Origin: an uncultured Acidobacteriota bacterium
Lineage (GTDB): Bacteria > Acidobacteriota > Thermoanaerobaculia > Multivoradales > UBA5704
DNA: 64,000 nt
Direction of reading: 5' to 3'
Assembly (NCBI GenBank): GCA_963792575.1
Contig: CAWBWZ010000010.1
Span: forward strand, 136,359 to 200,358
The translations under genes were made by a program, and so were the position numbers. The notes beneath the pieces are model-generated. The model saw nothing but the letters and a program-made list of their open reading frames with translations. It was not told where the DNA came from and made no database searches. Of the stretch, positions 28,681 to 40,114 are shown one piece after another. The stretch's first letter is position 1, and every line of letters begins with the position of its first letter.

Positions 28681-28745
28681 CCGGGAATGCTCTCTTCCCC
28701 ATCCTGGTTTATACTCCTGCAAGCAGTACGGTTCTTTGGCAATTT

Positions 28746-29100
28746 GGGGGTGTACCGGTTTCGACGGGGAACAAAGCGGAGCAGTGGGCGGCGTGTCGAG
28801 CTTCCGCTCGTAACACTGGAAAAATAACTGCGAACGATAACTTCGCCCTCGCGGCCTAAAAAGGGCTCGTGACGTTCCGATGGTGGGCCTTGATTCGCGG
28901 CGCCCACCGGAACGACGCTAAAGCGGATCAATGGGTGCGGCGGCCTTGTGACGCATCCTGATATAAAGCAAGGCTGGCTACCGTGCCAGGTTGGCCTTCT
29001 TCCAGAGCACGGTGGCGAGACTTAGAATAGAGGGATACACACGTAGATGCTCCTGATACGCGTTTCTCGGACGTGGGTTCGACTCCCACCACCTCCACCA
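28746..29100 (+). ncRNA. ssrA: tmRNA (SsrA), tag peptide (A)ANDNFALAA
   Basis: 5' GGGGGTGTACCGGTTTCGACGGGG pairs with 3' ...GGACGTGGGTTCGACTCCCACCACCTCCACCA. The internal tag reading frame GCG AAC GAT AAC TTC GCC CTC GCG GCC TAA is present. Confidence 0.85.
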
Positions 29101-29305
29101 AAGCCAGCTTTCCTTCCAGACAGTTCCATTCTCGGGGATCTACGACTCAGAGTCCGTCTCATCCTGCTCCTCGGGGTGCGCTTCCCTTGACGCAGCGCCG
29201 ACAACGCTGCATACTAACCATCGGCTGTGTACAGAGTGGCCAATTTGGCCCCGATCCACTGGACCGCCCGCGAGTCAACGCAGGGTCTTACCGGCGCAGC
29301 CAGTT

Positions 29306-30175
29306 TTAGATCCTCCAACGGACGCGCGTCCGAAGGGGGATTTTTCCTACCCCAAACCCCTGAACTCTGCCGTCTGGCCCCTTCCGGAACTTTGTAAGTA
29401 TCCGCAAGAACCAGTCATAGGATGGAAGACTCGGCAACCCGCGCGTCTCCCACTCCTCGCCGTATTCACGGAACTGCCGATAGACGTTATAAGCCACTAC
29501 ATCTGCGACCTGCAGCAACTCGGATTGTTTCGAGTCCACAAACCGCAAGTCCTTCAGGTGCTCGAAGGTGAGCCCTTTCCACAGCGTAGAGCCAGTCTTT
29601 CTTAACTGTCCGTGGTGTCGGCGAAGATTCTCACGGTACTGGTTTCCCTTCGGTGTCGCCCCACTCATGTCGTCCACAACTACGGAAAAAGAACGCGAAC
29701 CGCCCACTGAATCACGATCAACGATTTCAGCATGGGCTCGCTGAAGGAGCAGCTCATAGGCCGCGGCAGGTGGATACCAGGCGCGGTCGCCGTAATCCTC
29801 CCGCATGTGAACCTTGTCTACCACACACGCAATGAGCACCAGCTCACTGTCTAATATGGCTTGGTAAAATCGCTCCACAAAGCGTGTAAGGCCAGCTTCC
29901 GACAGGCCAAATCTTCGCAGATACCGGGATGTTCTTTCGTTTTCCAGGCGCAGCCAGTTTGACTTGATTTCTACGTTCTCAGTCCTGAATGTTTCCACCT
30001 TTAAGCGTCGGATCTGTGCCGTGAGCCTTCTCGCGTTTTCTATCCCTAAAAATGGACCTCCGAATACGAAGTAGCGCGTATTTCCCGCTCCGTAAGCCCC
30101 GGAGGGCGAAGACTCCTTGGTCCCGGAATCGTCTACATATAGGATGTGGGTCTCTTCCTCATCTTCCTTTGACAT
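29306..30175 (-). CDS. DUF3800 domain protein within a lower-GC islet immediately 3' of tmRNA
   Basis: MSKEDEEETHILYVDDSGT carries the DUF3800 N-terminal signature. The region 29100-30300 is visibly AT-richer than its flanks. Confidence 0.6.
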   Translation of the reverse strand: MSKEDEEETHILYVDDSGTKESSPSGAYGAGNTRYFVFGGPFLGIENARRLTAQIRRLKVETFRTENVEIKSNWLRLENERTSRYLRRFGLSEAGLTRFVERFYQAILDSELVLIACVVDKVHMREDYGDRAWYPPAAAYELLLQRAHAEIVDRDSVGGSRSFSVVVDDMSGATPKGNQYRENLRRHHGQLRKTGSTLWKGLTFEHLKDLRFVDSKQSELLQVADVVAYNVYRQFREYGEEWETRGLPSLPSYDWFLRILTKFRKGPDGRVQGFGVGKIPLRTRVRWRI

Positions 30176-30300
30176 TAGCAAATTCGGGTCTCGGCCCGCG
30201 GCATATCTCCGGCGGACCAGACAGAGTCTCCTCAATATAAATGTTAAGGTAAATTAACCTCGGAGGCGTGGTGCGTCGACCTTCCTCCGGCGGAGTCCGC

Positions 30301-31374
<1,074 letters not shown>

Positions 31375-31481
31375 CTTATCTCTCCTTTCGCCCCTCTGGC
31401 TCCGATGGGCTCCTGATAGAATGTTCCAAGTCACGAGCGCCGTTTTATTCTTCCCCAGCAATCTTTCGCGAATCGAGGATT

Positions 31482-32649
31482 TTGACTTTGAAAGCCGATC
31501 CGAGGAACTTTGGCTTCTCTACCCGCGCCGTCCACGCCGGCCAGAAACCCGACCCCCGCACGGGCTCGGTGGCGGTGCCGATCTATCAGACGTCCACCTA
31601 CGTGCAGGAGCACCTGGGCGAAGCGGTCGAGTATCGAATACGCCCGGGTGCAGAACCCCACCCGCGAGGCGCTCGAGGAGCAGATCATGATCCTCGAGGG
31701 CGGGGTCTCCGGCCACGCCTTCGCCTCCGGCATGGCGGCCATCGCCTGCCTGATGACCGTGCTCCAGGCGGGCGATCACGTGGTGGTCTCGCGCAACGTC
31801 TACGGCGGCACCTTCCGCTACTTCACCCGCATCCTGGAGCGCTCCGGCCTCACCTTCTCGTGGGTCGACACCACGGACCTCGCGGCGGTCGAGGCGGCGA
31901 TCCGGCCGGAGACGAAGATGGTCTACATCGAGACGCCGACGAACCCGGTGATGGACATCACCGACATCGCCGCCGTCGCCGGGATCGCCCACGCCCACGG
32001 CGCGCGCGTGGCGGTGGACAACACCTTCCTGACCCCATATCTCCAGCGGCCGCTGGCCCTCGGGGCGGACTTCGTCGTGCACTCGGCGACCAAGTTCCTG
32101 AACGGCCACAGCGATTCGATCTGCGGCGTGCTGATCGCGTCGACGCAGGAGGACGCCGACTGGTTCGCGCTGGTCCAGAAGTCGTCAGGCGCGATCCTGT
32201 CGCCGTTCGACTGCTTCCTGGTGATGCGCGGCATCAAGACGCTCGTCGTCCGCATGGACCGGCACGAGCGGAACGCGCGGCGGATCGTCGAGTACCTCGT
32301 CGAGCACCCGAAGGTGGAGCGGGTGCTCTATCCCGGGCTGCCGGACCACCCCGGCCACGAGATCCAGAAGCGCCAGGCTTCCGGGTTCGGCTCGATGATC
32401 ACCATCGAGATGGGGAGCTTCGAGGCGGCCAAGAAGATGCTCGAGGCCATGGTGGTGATGAGCTTCGCGGAGAGCCTGGGAGGCGTCGAGAGCCTGATCT
32501 CCCACCCCGCCTCGATGACCCACGCCTCGATTCCCGCCGAGCGGCGGGCCGAGCTGGGCCTGACCGACGGCATGGTGCGGATCTCGGTGGGGATCGAGAA
32601 CGTCGAGGACCTGCTGGCCGACCTGGATCAGGCGCTGGCGAAGGTGTAG
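31482..32649 (+). CDS. PLP-dependent trans-sulfuration enzyme (cystathionine gamma-synthase/beta-lyase, O-acetylhomoserine sulfhydrylase family); 1-bp insertion frameshift near ~31635
   Basis: [29 protein letters not shown] | (shift) | ...NVYGGTF...[17 protein letters not shown] start with a GAGGA RBS. Removing one C in GAGTATCGAATAC restores [14 protein letters not shown]. Confidence 0.75.
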
Positions 32650-32668
32650 GGCAGGGAGAGAGGAGGGG

Positions 32669-33064
32669 CTAGTCGTCGTCGGAATCGACGCCCGCGTAGG
32701 CCAGCCCCTCTTCCTCCTCGTCGTCATCGTCGTCCCCGAAGTCGGCGTCCTTGTCGACGCTCCCCGCGATCCAGTCGAGGAAGCCGCGCTCGCCCTCCGC
32801 GACGTTGAAGGAGAGGATCTCGGGCAGCTCATAGCTATGGAGCTCGCGGATGGTGGCCGCGACCCCCTCGAACTCCCCTTCGAGGGTCTTGACGAGGAGC
32901 ATCAGCTCCCCGTCCTTGCAGATCTTCCCCTTCCAGCGATAGATCGAGCGGACGCCGGGGAGGATGTTGACGCACGCGGCCTGACGCCGCGCGACGATCT
33001 CGCGCGCGATAAGGTACGCCTGCTCTTCGGTTCCAACGGTGGTGACAACGACAATCGCGCGCAT
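32669..33064 (-). CDS. cutA: divalent-cation tolerance protein CutA
   Basis: [46 protein letters not shown] is followed by an acidic tail. Confidence 0.75.
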   Translation of the reverse strand: MRAIVVVTTVGTEEQAYLIAREIVARRQAACVNILPGVRSIYRWKGKICKDGELMLLVKTLEGEFEGVAATIRELHSYELPEILSFNVAEGERGFLDWIAGSVDKDADFGDDDDDEEEEGLAYAGVDSDDD

Positions 33065-33096
33065 GAAACCAAGGTACTGCACTCGTTCCGAGCGAG

Positions 33097-33693
33097 TCAA
33101 TCACGCCAGACCCGCCGCTCGGGATCCCAGGTGAAGACCCGCATCCTGCCGGCGTTGTTGGCGACGCGCACGACGGCGAGCCGGCGCAGGCCGTCGCTCA
33201 GGTAGAGCGAGCCGGGCGTCGAGGTGCCCAGCGGGCTGAACGAGGCGAGGTCGGACTGGTTGAAGCGGATCGGATCGCTGGTCGGCACCCGGTGCCCGGG
33301 CGAGCCAGGATCGGGCACCGGCGGCCCGGGCGGAAAACCGAAGCCAAAGCCGCGCCCGAGGTTGGAGAGCCGCCGCGGCGGCTCGACCTGCGGGTCCACG
33401 CCGGCGTCGATGTCGCGGTTGAGCACGCCGTCGCCATCGCCGTCGCGATAGAGCGTGTAGGTGACCGCGCCGTCACGGGCGGTGCGGAACTTCACCGCCA
33501 CGTTGGCGTTGTGCCGCACGGCCCAGGAGCGTGCCAGTCGAAGGACGCCCACCAGCTCGGCCGTGCCCAGCCGCAGCCGCAAGTCGCCGGAGGACCGCAG
33601 CAGCGGCGGTAACCCGAGGGTCACGAGGAAGGCGAGCACCGCCAGGGCGACGGTGAGCTCGGCCAGTTGAAAGCCTTTCGGATGGGAGGTCAT
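33097..33693 (-). CDS. type II secretion/type IV pilus pseudopilin (GspH/FimT family, prepilin N-terminal methylation motif)
   Basis: KGFQLAELTVALAVLAFLV is a prepilin-type leader plus hydrophobic helix, followed by a GspH-like body. Confidence 0.55.
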   Translation of the reverse strand: MTSHPKGFQLAELTVALAVLAFLVTLGLPPLLRSSGDLRLRLGTAELVGVLRLARSWAVRHNANVAVKFRTARDGAVTYTLYRDGDGDGVLNRDIDAGVDPQVEPPRRLSNLGRGFGFGFPPGPPVPDPGSPGHRVPTSDPIRFNQSDLASFSPLGTSTPGSLYLSDGLRRLAVVRVANNAGRMRVFTWDPERRVWRD

Positions 33694-33757
33694 CGCACGG
33701 CCCCGGAAAGAAGCCCGGGCGGGGCGGAGCTCCAGGCCCCACCCCGCCCGGCGCTCT

Positions 33758-34180
33758 TCAGCGGGACGACTCCGGCTTGTCCGGCTTGGCCGCGGATTTG
33801 GAATCGGGCTTGCCGTCGGACTTACCGCCGGACTTGGACGAGGGGGACGAGCCGGAGCGGCTGCCCTTCACCTTCTCCCGCAGCGTCGTCTCGCCGGCGG
33901 TCGCGACGTAGGGCTTGATGAGCTCGAAGGTCTTTTCGCCGATCCCCTGTACCAGCATCAGGTCTTCGGCCTTCTTGAACGCGCCGTTCTGCTTGCGGTA
34001 ATCGACGATGCGGCCGGCGACGCTCGGGCCGACCCGCGGCAGCATGGCGAGCTGCGAGGCGTCGGCGTTGTTGATGTTGACCTTCTTGGCGTCCGCGCTC
34101 CAGACGGGCAGGGTGTTGGCGAGGAACGCGAGGGCCAGCAGACCGGCGATGGCGCGATGGGCGCGATGGGCATGCTTCAT
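33758..34180 (-). CDS. comEA: competence protein ComEA (helix-hairpin-helix DNA-binding)
   Basis: Signal peptide MKHAHRAHRAIAGLLALAFLA, then VNINNADASQLAMLPRVGPSVAGRIVDYRKQNGAFKKAEDLMLVQGIGEKTFE, a tandem HhH. Confidence 0.7.
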   Translation of the reverse strand: MKHAHRAHRAIAGLLALAFLANTLPVWSADAKKVNINNADASQLAMLPRVGPSVAGRIVDYRKQNGAFKKAEDLMLVQGIGEKTFELIKPYVATAGETTLREKVKGSRSGSSPSSKSGGKSDGKPDSKSAAKPDKPESSR

Positions 34181-34401
34181 GGGGGTGCTCCTTTGGGTTG
34201 CGTGATGCGTTGGTTTTGCGACGGTTCGTCGAGGTCCCTTTCCGTTTGCTTTTTCAGCTCCGTGTCTCTCTGGGCGCCACCTCCTCTCGGGTTGACGCCG
34301 GCCCTGGAGATCAAGTCCCCTGCCAGATCGGCGACAGCGGCCTAAGTACCTGGATTTAAAAGGGTTGCTGGAAAAGGCGGAGCTCCGGCCCAGGGGGCCG
34401 G

Positions 34402-34488
34402 TGTCAAAGGATCTGGCGGGGAATCGGGGCTGGGGGAGCGAGAATCGAGGCGGGCCGGGCGTTTGCCGGCATGTCAAAGGATCTGGCG
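34402..34488. promoter_or_regulatory. 17-bp direct repeat TGTCAAAGGATCTGGCG x2 (70 bp apart) in the comEA/lepB divergent promoter region
   Basis: Exact copies occur at 34402-34418 and 34472-34488, each preceded by CCGG. Confidence 0.3.
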
Positions 34489-34540
34489 CCGCGCGTGATC
34501 TTTTGCGGCGCGCTGGCCTTTCGAGTACAGTAGCCGCGCC

Positions 34541-35260
34541 ATGGCGGAAGAACGGGTGGAAAAACGCGCGGACGAACGGTCAGTCTGGCGGGAATACATC
34601 GAGGCGTTGATCATCGCCGCGGTGTTCCTGCTGTTCACGAACACCTTCGTCGTGCAGACCTTCTACATTCCGAGCGGCTCGATGGAGGACACCCTCCTCA
34701 TCGGCGACCATCTGTTCGTCAACCGGTTCATCTACGGCCCGACGCCGACTGGGGTGGAGAAGGGGGTGCTGCCGTTCCGCCCGGTGCACCGCGGCGACAT
34801 CGTGGTCTTCCGCTCGCCCGAGAACCCGGCCCTCGACCTCGTCAAGCGCTGCGTGGCGGTGGGCGGCGACACGGTCCAGGTGATCGATCAGCAGCTCTAC
34901 ATCAACGGCAAGGCGGTCAAGGACGCGAGCTACGCCTTGCACAAGAACCCCGAGCCGGTGGGCTTCTTCGTCGATCCGCGCATGCAGCTGCGGGACAACT
35001 ACGGCCCTTACCAGGTGCCCGCCGGCCACTACTTCTGCATGGGCGACAACCGCGACAACTCCTATGACTCGCGGTTCTGGGGGCCGCTGCCCGCCCATCT
35101 CGTCAAGGGGCGGGCGCTCTTCATCTACTGGTCCTATGGCGGGAAGACCTCGACGGGCCAGTGGGAAGGGGTGGGATCGAAGGTCAAGGACCTGGCGGAG
35201 ACCGCGCTCGGATTCTTCTCAAAGACCCGTTGGGAGAGGTCGTTCCGCCTGATCCGCTAG
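34541..35260 (+). CDS. lepB: signal peptidase I
   Basis: Catalytic IPSGSMEDTL and GDNRDNSYDSRFWG boxes. Confidence 0.85.
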   Translation: MAEERVEKRADERSVWREYIEALIIAAVFLLFTNTFVVQTFYIPSGSMEDTLLIGDHLFVNRFIYGPTPTGVEKGVLPFRPVHRGDIVVFRSPENPALDLVKRCVAVGGDTVQVIDQQLYINGKAVKDASYALHKNPEPVGFFVDPRMQLRDNYGPYQVPAGHYFCMGDNRDNSYDSRFWGPLPAHLVKGRALFIYWSYGGKTSTGQWEGVGSKVKDLAETALGFFSKTRWERSFRLIR

Positions 35261-35270
35261 CCGTCGCAGT

Positions 35271-36005
35271 ATGGACGACGCAGGTACTCACGCAGGTATG
35301 CACGCCGAGAAATCCCTGCTCCGGGAGTACCTGGAGGCCCTGCTCATCGCGGTGATCTTCGCGACCTTCGCCCGCACCTGGGTGCTGCAGGCGTTCAAGA
35401 TCCCGTCCGGGTCGATGGAGAAGAACCTGCTGATCGGCGATCACATCCTGGTCAACAAGTTCGTCTACGGGCCGACGATCTCCCCGCTGGAGGAGAAGCT
35501 GCTGCCGATCCGCAAGGTGCGGCGGGGGGACATCGTGGTCTTCAAGTACCCCGAGGACCCCAACCGCGACTTCATCAAGCGGTGCATGGGCCTGCCCGGG
35601 GACACGATGAAGATGATCGACAAGGACCTCTACATCAACGGCAGGCACATCGACGACTCCTCGTTCACCTACTACGCCGACTCCGAGAGCTACCCGCGCG
35701 ACCTCTTCTTCCACGCCAAGCGGGTGCGCGACAACTTCGGCCCCAAGAGCGTCGCGCCCGGCACCTACTTCTGCATGGGCGACAACCGCGACAACTCCAA
35801 CGACTCCCGCTACTGGGGGACGGTGCCCGAGCGCTACGTCAAGGGGCGGGCGTTCATGGTCTACTGGTCCTTCGCCAGCGACGACGAAACGAGTGAGGGT
35901 GGGGAGTGGCCGGGCTATGGCGGCAAGCTGCGGCAGATCGGCGGCGTGGCCCTGAATTTCTTCTCGCTGACCCGGTGGGATAGAACCTTTCGCATCGTGC
36001 GATAA
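35271..36005 (+). CDS. lepB: signal peptidase I, second tandem paralogue
   Basis: IPSGSMEKNL and GDNRDNSNDSRYWG boxes. Confidence 0.85.
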   Translation: MDDAGTHAGMHAEKSLLREYLEALLIAVIFATFARTWVLQAFKIPSGSMEKNLLIGDHILVNKFVYGPTISPLEEKLLPIRKVRRGDIVVFKYPEDPNRDFIKRCMGLPGDTMKMIDKDLYINGRHIDDSSFTYYADSESYPRDLFFHAKRVRDNFGPKSVAPGTYFCMGDNRDNSNDSRYWGTVPERYVKGRAFMVYWSFASDDETSEGGEWPGYGGKLRQIGGVALNFFSLTRWDRTFRIVR

Positions 36006-36040
36006 ACTACCCTCCAACGAATCCTTAACGGAGGGAGCCA

Positions 36041-36412
36041 ATGCCACGACGGAGTTCCGAACGGGGCGAGGGGAATCTCGGGTGTATCCTCTGGTTGCTC
36101 GCGCTGGGCCTCGCGGCCCTGATCGCCTGGAAAGCGGTGCCGGTCAAGATCCAGAGCACCCAGCTCTACGACTACATGGACGAGCTGGCCAAGTTCTCGG
36201 CTGCCCGTACGCCGCCTGACGAGCTCGCGAAACAGATCGTCAGCCGCGCCCGGCAACTCGACATTCCGCTCGAGAAGAAGGACGTCAAAATCGTGCGGGA
36301 CGGGGATCGCATCTTCATGGAGCTCGACTACACCGTTCCGGTGCAGTTCCCCGGCTATACGTACCAGTGGCACTTCCACCAGAAGCTCGACCGGCCGATC
36401 TTCATCGTCTGA
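36041..36412 (+). CDS. DUF4845-like small membrane-anchored protein, conserved downstream of lepB
   Basis: N-terminal TM anchor LGCILWLLALGLAALIAWKA and a ~120-aa size. Its position after lepB matches the lepB-DUF4845 synteny seen in proteobacteria. Confidence 0.5.
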   Translation: MPRRSSERGEGNLGCILWLLALGLAALIAWKAVPVKIQSTQLYDYMDELAKFSAARTPPDELAKQIVSRARQLDIPLEKKDVKIVRDGDRIFMELDYTVPVQFPGYTYQWHFHQKLDRPIFIV

Positions 36413-37995
36413 TGCGCGGCTGGCTGGCGATCCTCGGGGGTGGCTTCGCCCCCGGGGCGCTCGCCGGGGTCCAGCTCGCCGGGCTGATCTTCTACCTCAA
36501 TCCGCACCTGCCGTTCGCCTTCGGCCCGGTGCTGCGCGGGAGCCTGATCTACGGCACCCTGATCGGCACGATCAGCCTGGCGCTGCACCTGCCGTTCACC
36601 TGGAGGCGGCCGCGGCGAGCCCGGCGCGCGCTCGCCTGGACCTTCACGGCCGCGCTCGCGGTCTCCGCCCTGCTCGACTGGGCCCACGCCTCCTACTTCG
36701 CCTATTTCCTCCCCCCCGGCATCAACGACCGCCTGATCAAGACCGCCCTCTGGCTCACCCTCGGCACGCTGATCGCCTTCTACACTGCGCTGCTGCACTC
36801 GCTCAGCCGCCGCCGCTACGGCCGGCGCAGCCGCTGGGGGCTGACACTGATCGCGGCGCTCTCGATCTACGCCATGGTCGAGCGCCGGGAGGCGTTTCAC
36901 CCGCGACCCGCGACCACCCCCCGCCCCGCGGCGGTGGAGGCCGGCCAGCGGCCGAAGCTGTGGGTGATCGGCATCGACTCGGCGACGCTCGACGCCATCC
37001 TCCCCCTGGCCGGCCAGGGGCGCCTGCCGTTCCTCGCCACGGTGCTCCAGAACGGCGCCTACGGCCGGCTGAGCTCGATCGTGCCGACGCGGCGCGACGC
37101 GCTGTGGACCACGCTCGCCACCGGCAAATACCCGTTCAAGCACGGCATCACCGGCCGGCGCTCCTACCCCGCCCCCTTCCTCGCTCCCGGCGCCGAGCTG
37201 CGCCTCCTCCCCACCGGGATCTCCTTTCAGCGCTGGGGCGTGCTGGGCGCCAGGCCCATGCCGGCAGGCACGCCGCGGCGCGAAGCGCTGGCGCTCTGGG
37301 AGATCCTGCCGCGACTCGGCGTTCCAGCCGGCGTCGTCGGCTGGCCGGCGGCCAACCCGGAGGCCGGCGAAGCCACCTTCGCGCTCGGGGAAGACCTCTT
37401 CACCGGCGCTCCCGACCCGGACCTCAGGCGGCAAACGATGGCCCTGAAGCTCGCCGGCGAAAACCCGCGCGTAGAGGCGGTCTTCCTGCTGCTGCCGGGG
37501 TTGCGGGGGGTGTCGCGGCGCTGGTTCGGCGGCTTCAACGCCGTGCAGTTCGAGGGCCGCCAGGAAGGGGAGGCGGCCCGCGCCGCGGCCGATCGGGTGG
37601 CCGATGCCTACACGCAGCTCGACGGCCTGCTGGCGGAGGCCTGGGCGCAAGGCCAGGGCCCGAGGCTGCTCGCGGTCATCTCCCCCTACGGGGTGAACCC
37701 TCCGGGGTGGCTGAGGCGGCAGATGGCGCCGGGAGCGGCGCTCGGCGGTGAGTTCCAGGGTGGACCGGACGGCGTTCTGCTCCTCTACGGCGAGGGGATC
37801 CGCCCCGGGGCCCTGCTCACCGGCGCCCGGCTGGTCGACGTGGCGCCCACGCTGCTCTACGGCCTGGGATTTCCCGTCTCACGCGAGCTCGACGGCCAGG
37901 TGCTCACGTCGGCGTTCGAGAAGAGCTTCCTGGCGCGGAATCCGGTGGCGGTTTTTCCCTCGTACGAGGGGCTGGCGCGGGCCGCAAGAAACTAA
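36412..37995 (+). CDS. membrane-anchored alkaline phosphatase/nucleotide pyrophosphatase-phosphodiesterase family protein
   Basis: Four N-terminal TM helices, then KLWVIGIDSATLDAI (a type I phosphodiesterase-like metal site) and LLYGEGIRPG. The ATG overlaps the upstream stop as TGATG. Confidence 0.5.
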   Translation: MRGWLAILGGGFAPGALAGVQLAGLIFYLNPHLPFAFGPVLRGSLIYGTLIGTISLALHLPFTWRRPRRARRALAWTFTAALAVSALLDWAHASYFAYFLPPGINDRLIKTALWLTLGTLIAFYTALLHSLSRRRYGRRSRWGLTLIAALSIYAMVERREAFHPRPATTPRPAAVEAGQRPKLWVIGIDSATLDAILPLAGQGRLPFLATVLQNGAYGRLSSIVPTRRDALWTTLATGKYPFKHGITGRRSYPAPFLAPGAELRLLPTGISFQRWGVLGARPMPAGTPRREALALWEILPRLGVPAGVVGWPAANPEAGEATFALGEDLFTGAPDPDLRRQTMALKLAGENPRVEAVFLLLPGLRGVSRRWFGGFNAVQFEGRQEGEAARAAADRVADAYTQLDGLLAEAWAQGQGPRLLAVISPYGVNPPGWLRRQMAPGAALGGEFQGGPDGVLLLYGEGIRPGALLTGARLVDVAPTLLYGLGFPVSRELDGQVLTSAFEKSFLARNPVAVFPSYEGLARAARN

Positions 37996-38078
37996 GAACA
38001 CGGACAGACACGGACGTAGAGGACGAACACGAGGCCCAGGCGTGTTCGTCCTTTACGTCCGTGTCTGTCCGTGTTCTT
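37994..38078. repeat. AAGGAC/CACGGAC-repeat long hairpin, copy 3, wedged exactly between convergent stop codons
   Basis: AAGAACACGGACAGACACGGACGTAGAGGACGAACACG, loop AGGCCCAGGC, then CGTGTTCGTCCTTTACGTCCGTGTCTGTCCGTGTTCTT. The stem is a near-perfect 37 bp. Confidence 0.6.
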
Positions 38079-38461
38079 TAAGCCTTGGCCACCAGCTTGG
38101 GGCCTGCCGGCCGGGCTTCACGGTTCATCGAGCAGCGCCCTTCGAAAGTGGCGCCGTCTTCAATGATCAGCGAAGGCGTATCGATCTCGGCGAATACTTT
38201 ACCGCTGGGGGCAATTTGAACCTTGCGAAGGGCACGAATAATGCCTTTAACCGTGCCGGAGATGAAAACCTGTCCAGCCCGGACCTCGCCGTCCACCTCC
38301 CCGGCTTCCCCGACGATCAGGTCCCCTTCCGACTCCACCGTGCCGGTGAGCTTGCCGTCGACACGGAACGAGGCGTCGAAGCGCAGCTCCCCCTGGAGAT
38401 GACTGCCACCGTCGAGAAAGCCATTGAGGTCGCTCTGCTTACCGTCCGACTTGAAGATCAT
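38078..38461 (-). CDS. bactofilin (DUF583 polymer-forming cytoskeletal protein), translationally coupled to parB
   Basis: MIFKSDGKQSDLNGFLDGGSHLQGELRFDASFRVDGKLTGTVESEGDLIVGEAGEVDGEV... is a beta-helical bactofilin repeat. Its ATG overlaps the parB TGA as ATGA. Confidence 0.75.
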   Translation of the reverse strand: MIFKSDGKQSDLNGFLDGGSHLQGELRFDASFRVDGKLTGTVESEGDLIVGEAGEVDGEVRAGQVFISGTVKGIIRALRKVQIAPSGKVFAEIDTPSLIIEDGATFEGRCSMNREARPAGPKLVAKA

Positions 38462-39364
38462 CGGTTCTCTCCCCGCTCGATCAGTACGTCGAAAAGCCGC
38501 ATCAGCTCCTCCTCCGAGTGGAAGTGGATGCGGAGCTGCCCACGCTGGCCACCCTTGCCCTGTCGCATGATCTCGACCCGGGTTTGCAGGCGGCGGGTGA
38601 GCCGCTCCTCGGCGGCGGCGGTATGGACCTCGACCGGACGGTCCGGCTTCTTGGTTTTGGGACGCTCCTCCCGGGGGGCGGCGGCCAAGCCGCTCGAGAT
38701 CGCGCGCGGAGAGCCCGTCGCGCACCGCGCTGTCGGCGAGCCGGATCTGCTCCTCCTGATCCTGCAGGCCGAGCAGCGGGCGCGCCTGGCCGGCGGTGAG
38801 CCTGCCCTCGCGCAGCAGGTCGAGCACATCGTCCGGCAGGCGCAGCAGGCGCAGCGAGTTGGTGACCGTGGTGCGCGCCTTGCCGACGCGGGCGGCCACC
38901 TCCTCCTGCGAGAGGCCGAACTTCTCCTGGAGGGCGGCGTAGGCTTCGGCCTCCTCGATCGGATTGAGATCGCTGCGCTGCAGATTCTCGACCAGGGCGA
39001 GCTCCAGCAGCTCGCGATCGTCGGCGACCTGGCGAACGACCACCGGAACCGATTCGAGCCCCGCTTTCCGGGCCGCCCGCCAGCGGCGTTCGCCGGCGAT
39101 GATGGCGTAGCCGTCCCCCTCGGCCGTCACCACCAGCGGCTGAATGACTCCCTGGGTGCGGATCGACGCCGCGAGGTCCTCGATCGCCGCATCGTCGAAG
39201 CGGGTGCGCGGCTGGAAGCGGTTGGGGTGCAGGCGATCGATGGGGAGTGTGCGCACCGGCTCGTCCGGCTTCGGCTCGGCCTTCTCGATCAGCGCGTCGA
39301 GGCCGCGGCCGAGCCCACGCTTCTTGCCAGCGGTTTTGCTTTCCGTAGTGCTGCTGGCCATCAT
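38458..39364 (-). CDS. parB: chromosome partitioning protein ParB; 1-bp insertion frameshift near ~38690
   Basis: N-terminal GLGRGLDALI and ParB-box IIAGERRWRAA...LVENLQR with an HTH, then (after the shift, ORF 38458..38829) the C-terminal dimerisation segment ...GQLRIHFHSEEELMRLFDVLIERGE. Confidence 0.85.
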
Positions 39365-40114
39365 GCCGCCCTCCGCAGGAACTCGCGCGCGAGCGCGAGG
39401 TAGGCCACGGCGCCGCGCGACTTGATGTCGTACTGGAAGATCGGCAGGCCGTGGCTCGGGGCCTCGGCCAGCCGGATGTTGCGGGGGACCACCGTCTCAA
39501 AGACCTTGCCGGCGAAGTGAGAGCGGATCTCCTCGGCCACGTCCTTCGACAGGTTGGTGCGGTCGTCGTACATCGTCAGCAGGATGCCGGCGATCTGGAG
39601 GCGCCGGATTGAGGCTCCCCTGGATGCGCTGGACGGTGGCCAGCAGCTCGCTGATCCCCTCCAGGGCGAAGTACTCGCACTGGAGCGGCACCAGAATGCC
39701 GTCCGCGGCGGTGAGAGCGTTCACCGTCAGGTGGCCGAGCGACGGCGGGCAGTCGAGCAGGATGGTGTCGTAGCGGTCCGCGACCTCGGCGAGAACGCCC
39801 TTGAGGCGCTGTTCCCAGCCGCTCTCGCCGACGAGCTCCACCTCGATGCCGACGAGGTCGCGCTGCGCCGGGACGAGATCGAGATTGGGGAACCCGGAGG
39901 GGCGGATCGCCGCCGAGATCGGCACCTCGCCCGACAGGGCATGGTAGAGGTGCGGCTCGGTCGCCCGGACGCCGAGGCCGCGCGTGGCGTTCCCCTGCGG
40001 ATCGCTGTCGACGAGCAGGACGCGCCGCTCGAGGGCGCCGAGGCCGGCGCCGAGGTTGATGGCGGTGGTGGTCTTGCCGACCCCACCTTTCTGGTTCGCG
40101 ATGGCGAGAATCAT
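39361..40114 (-). CDS. parA: chromosome partitioning ATPase ParA (Soj); 1-bp frameshift near ~39600
   Basis: MILAIANQKGGVGKTTTAINLGAGL Walker A and DCPPSLG, then the C-terminal piece ...MYDDRTNLSKDVAEEIRSHF in ORF 39361..39573. Confidence 0.85.
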
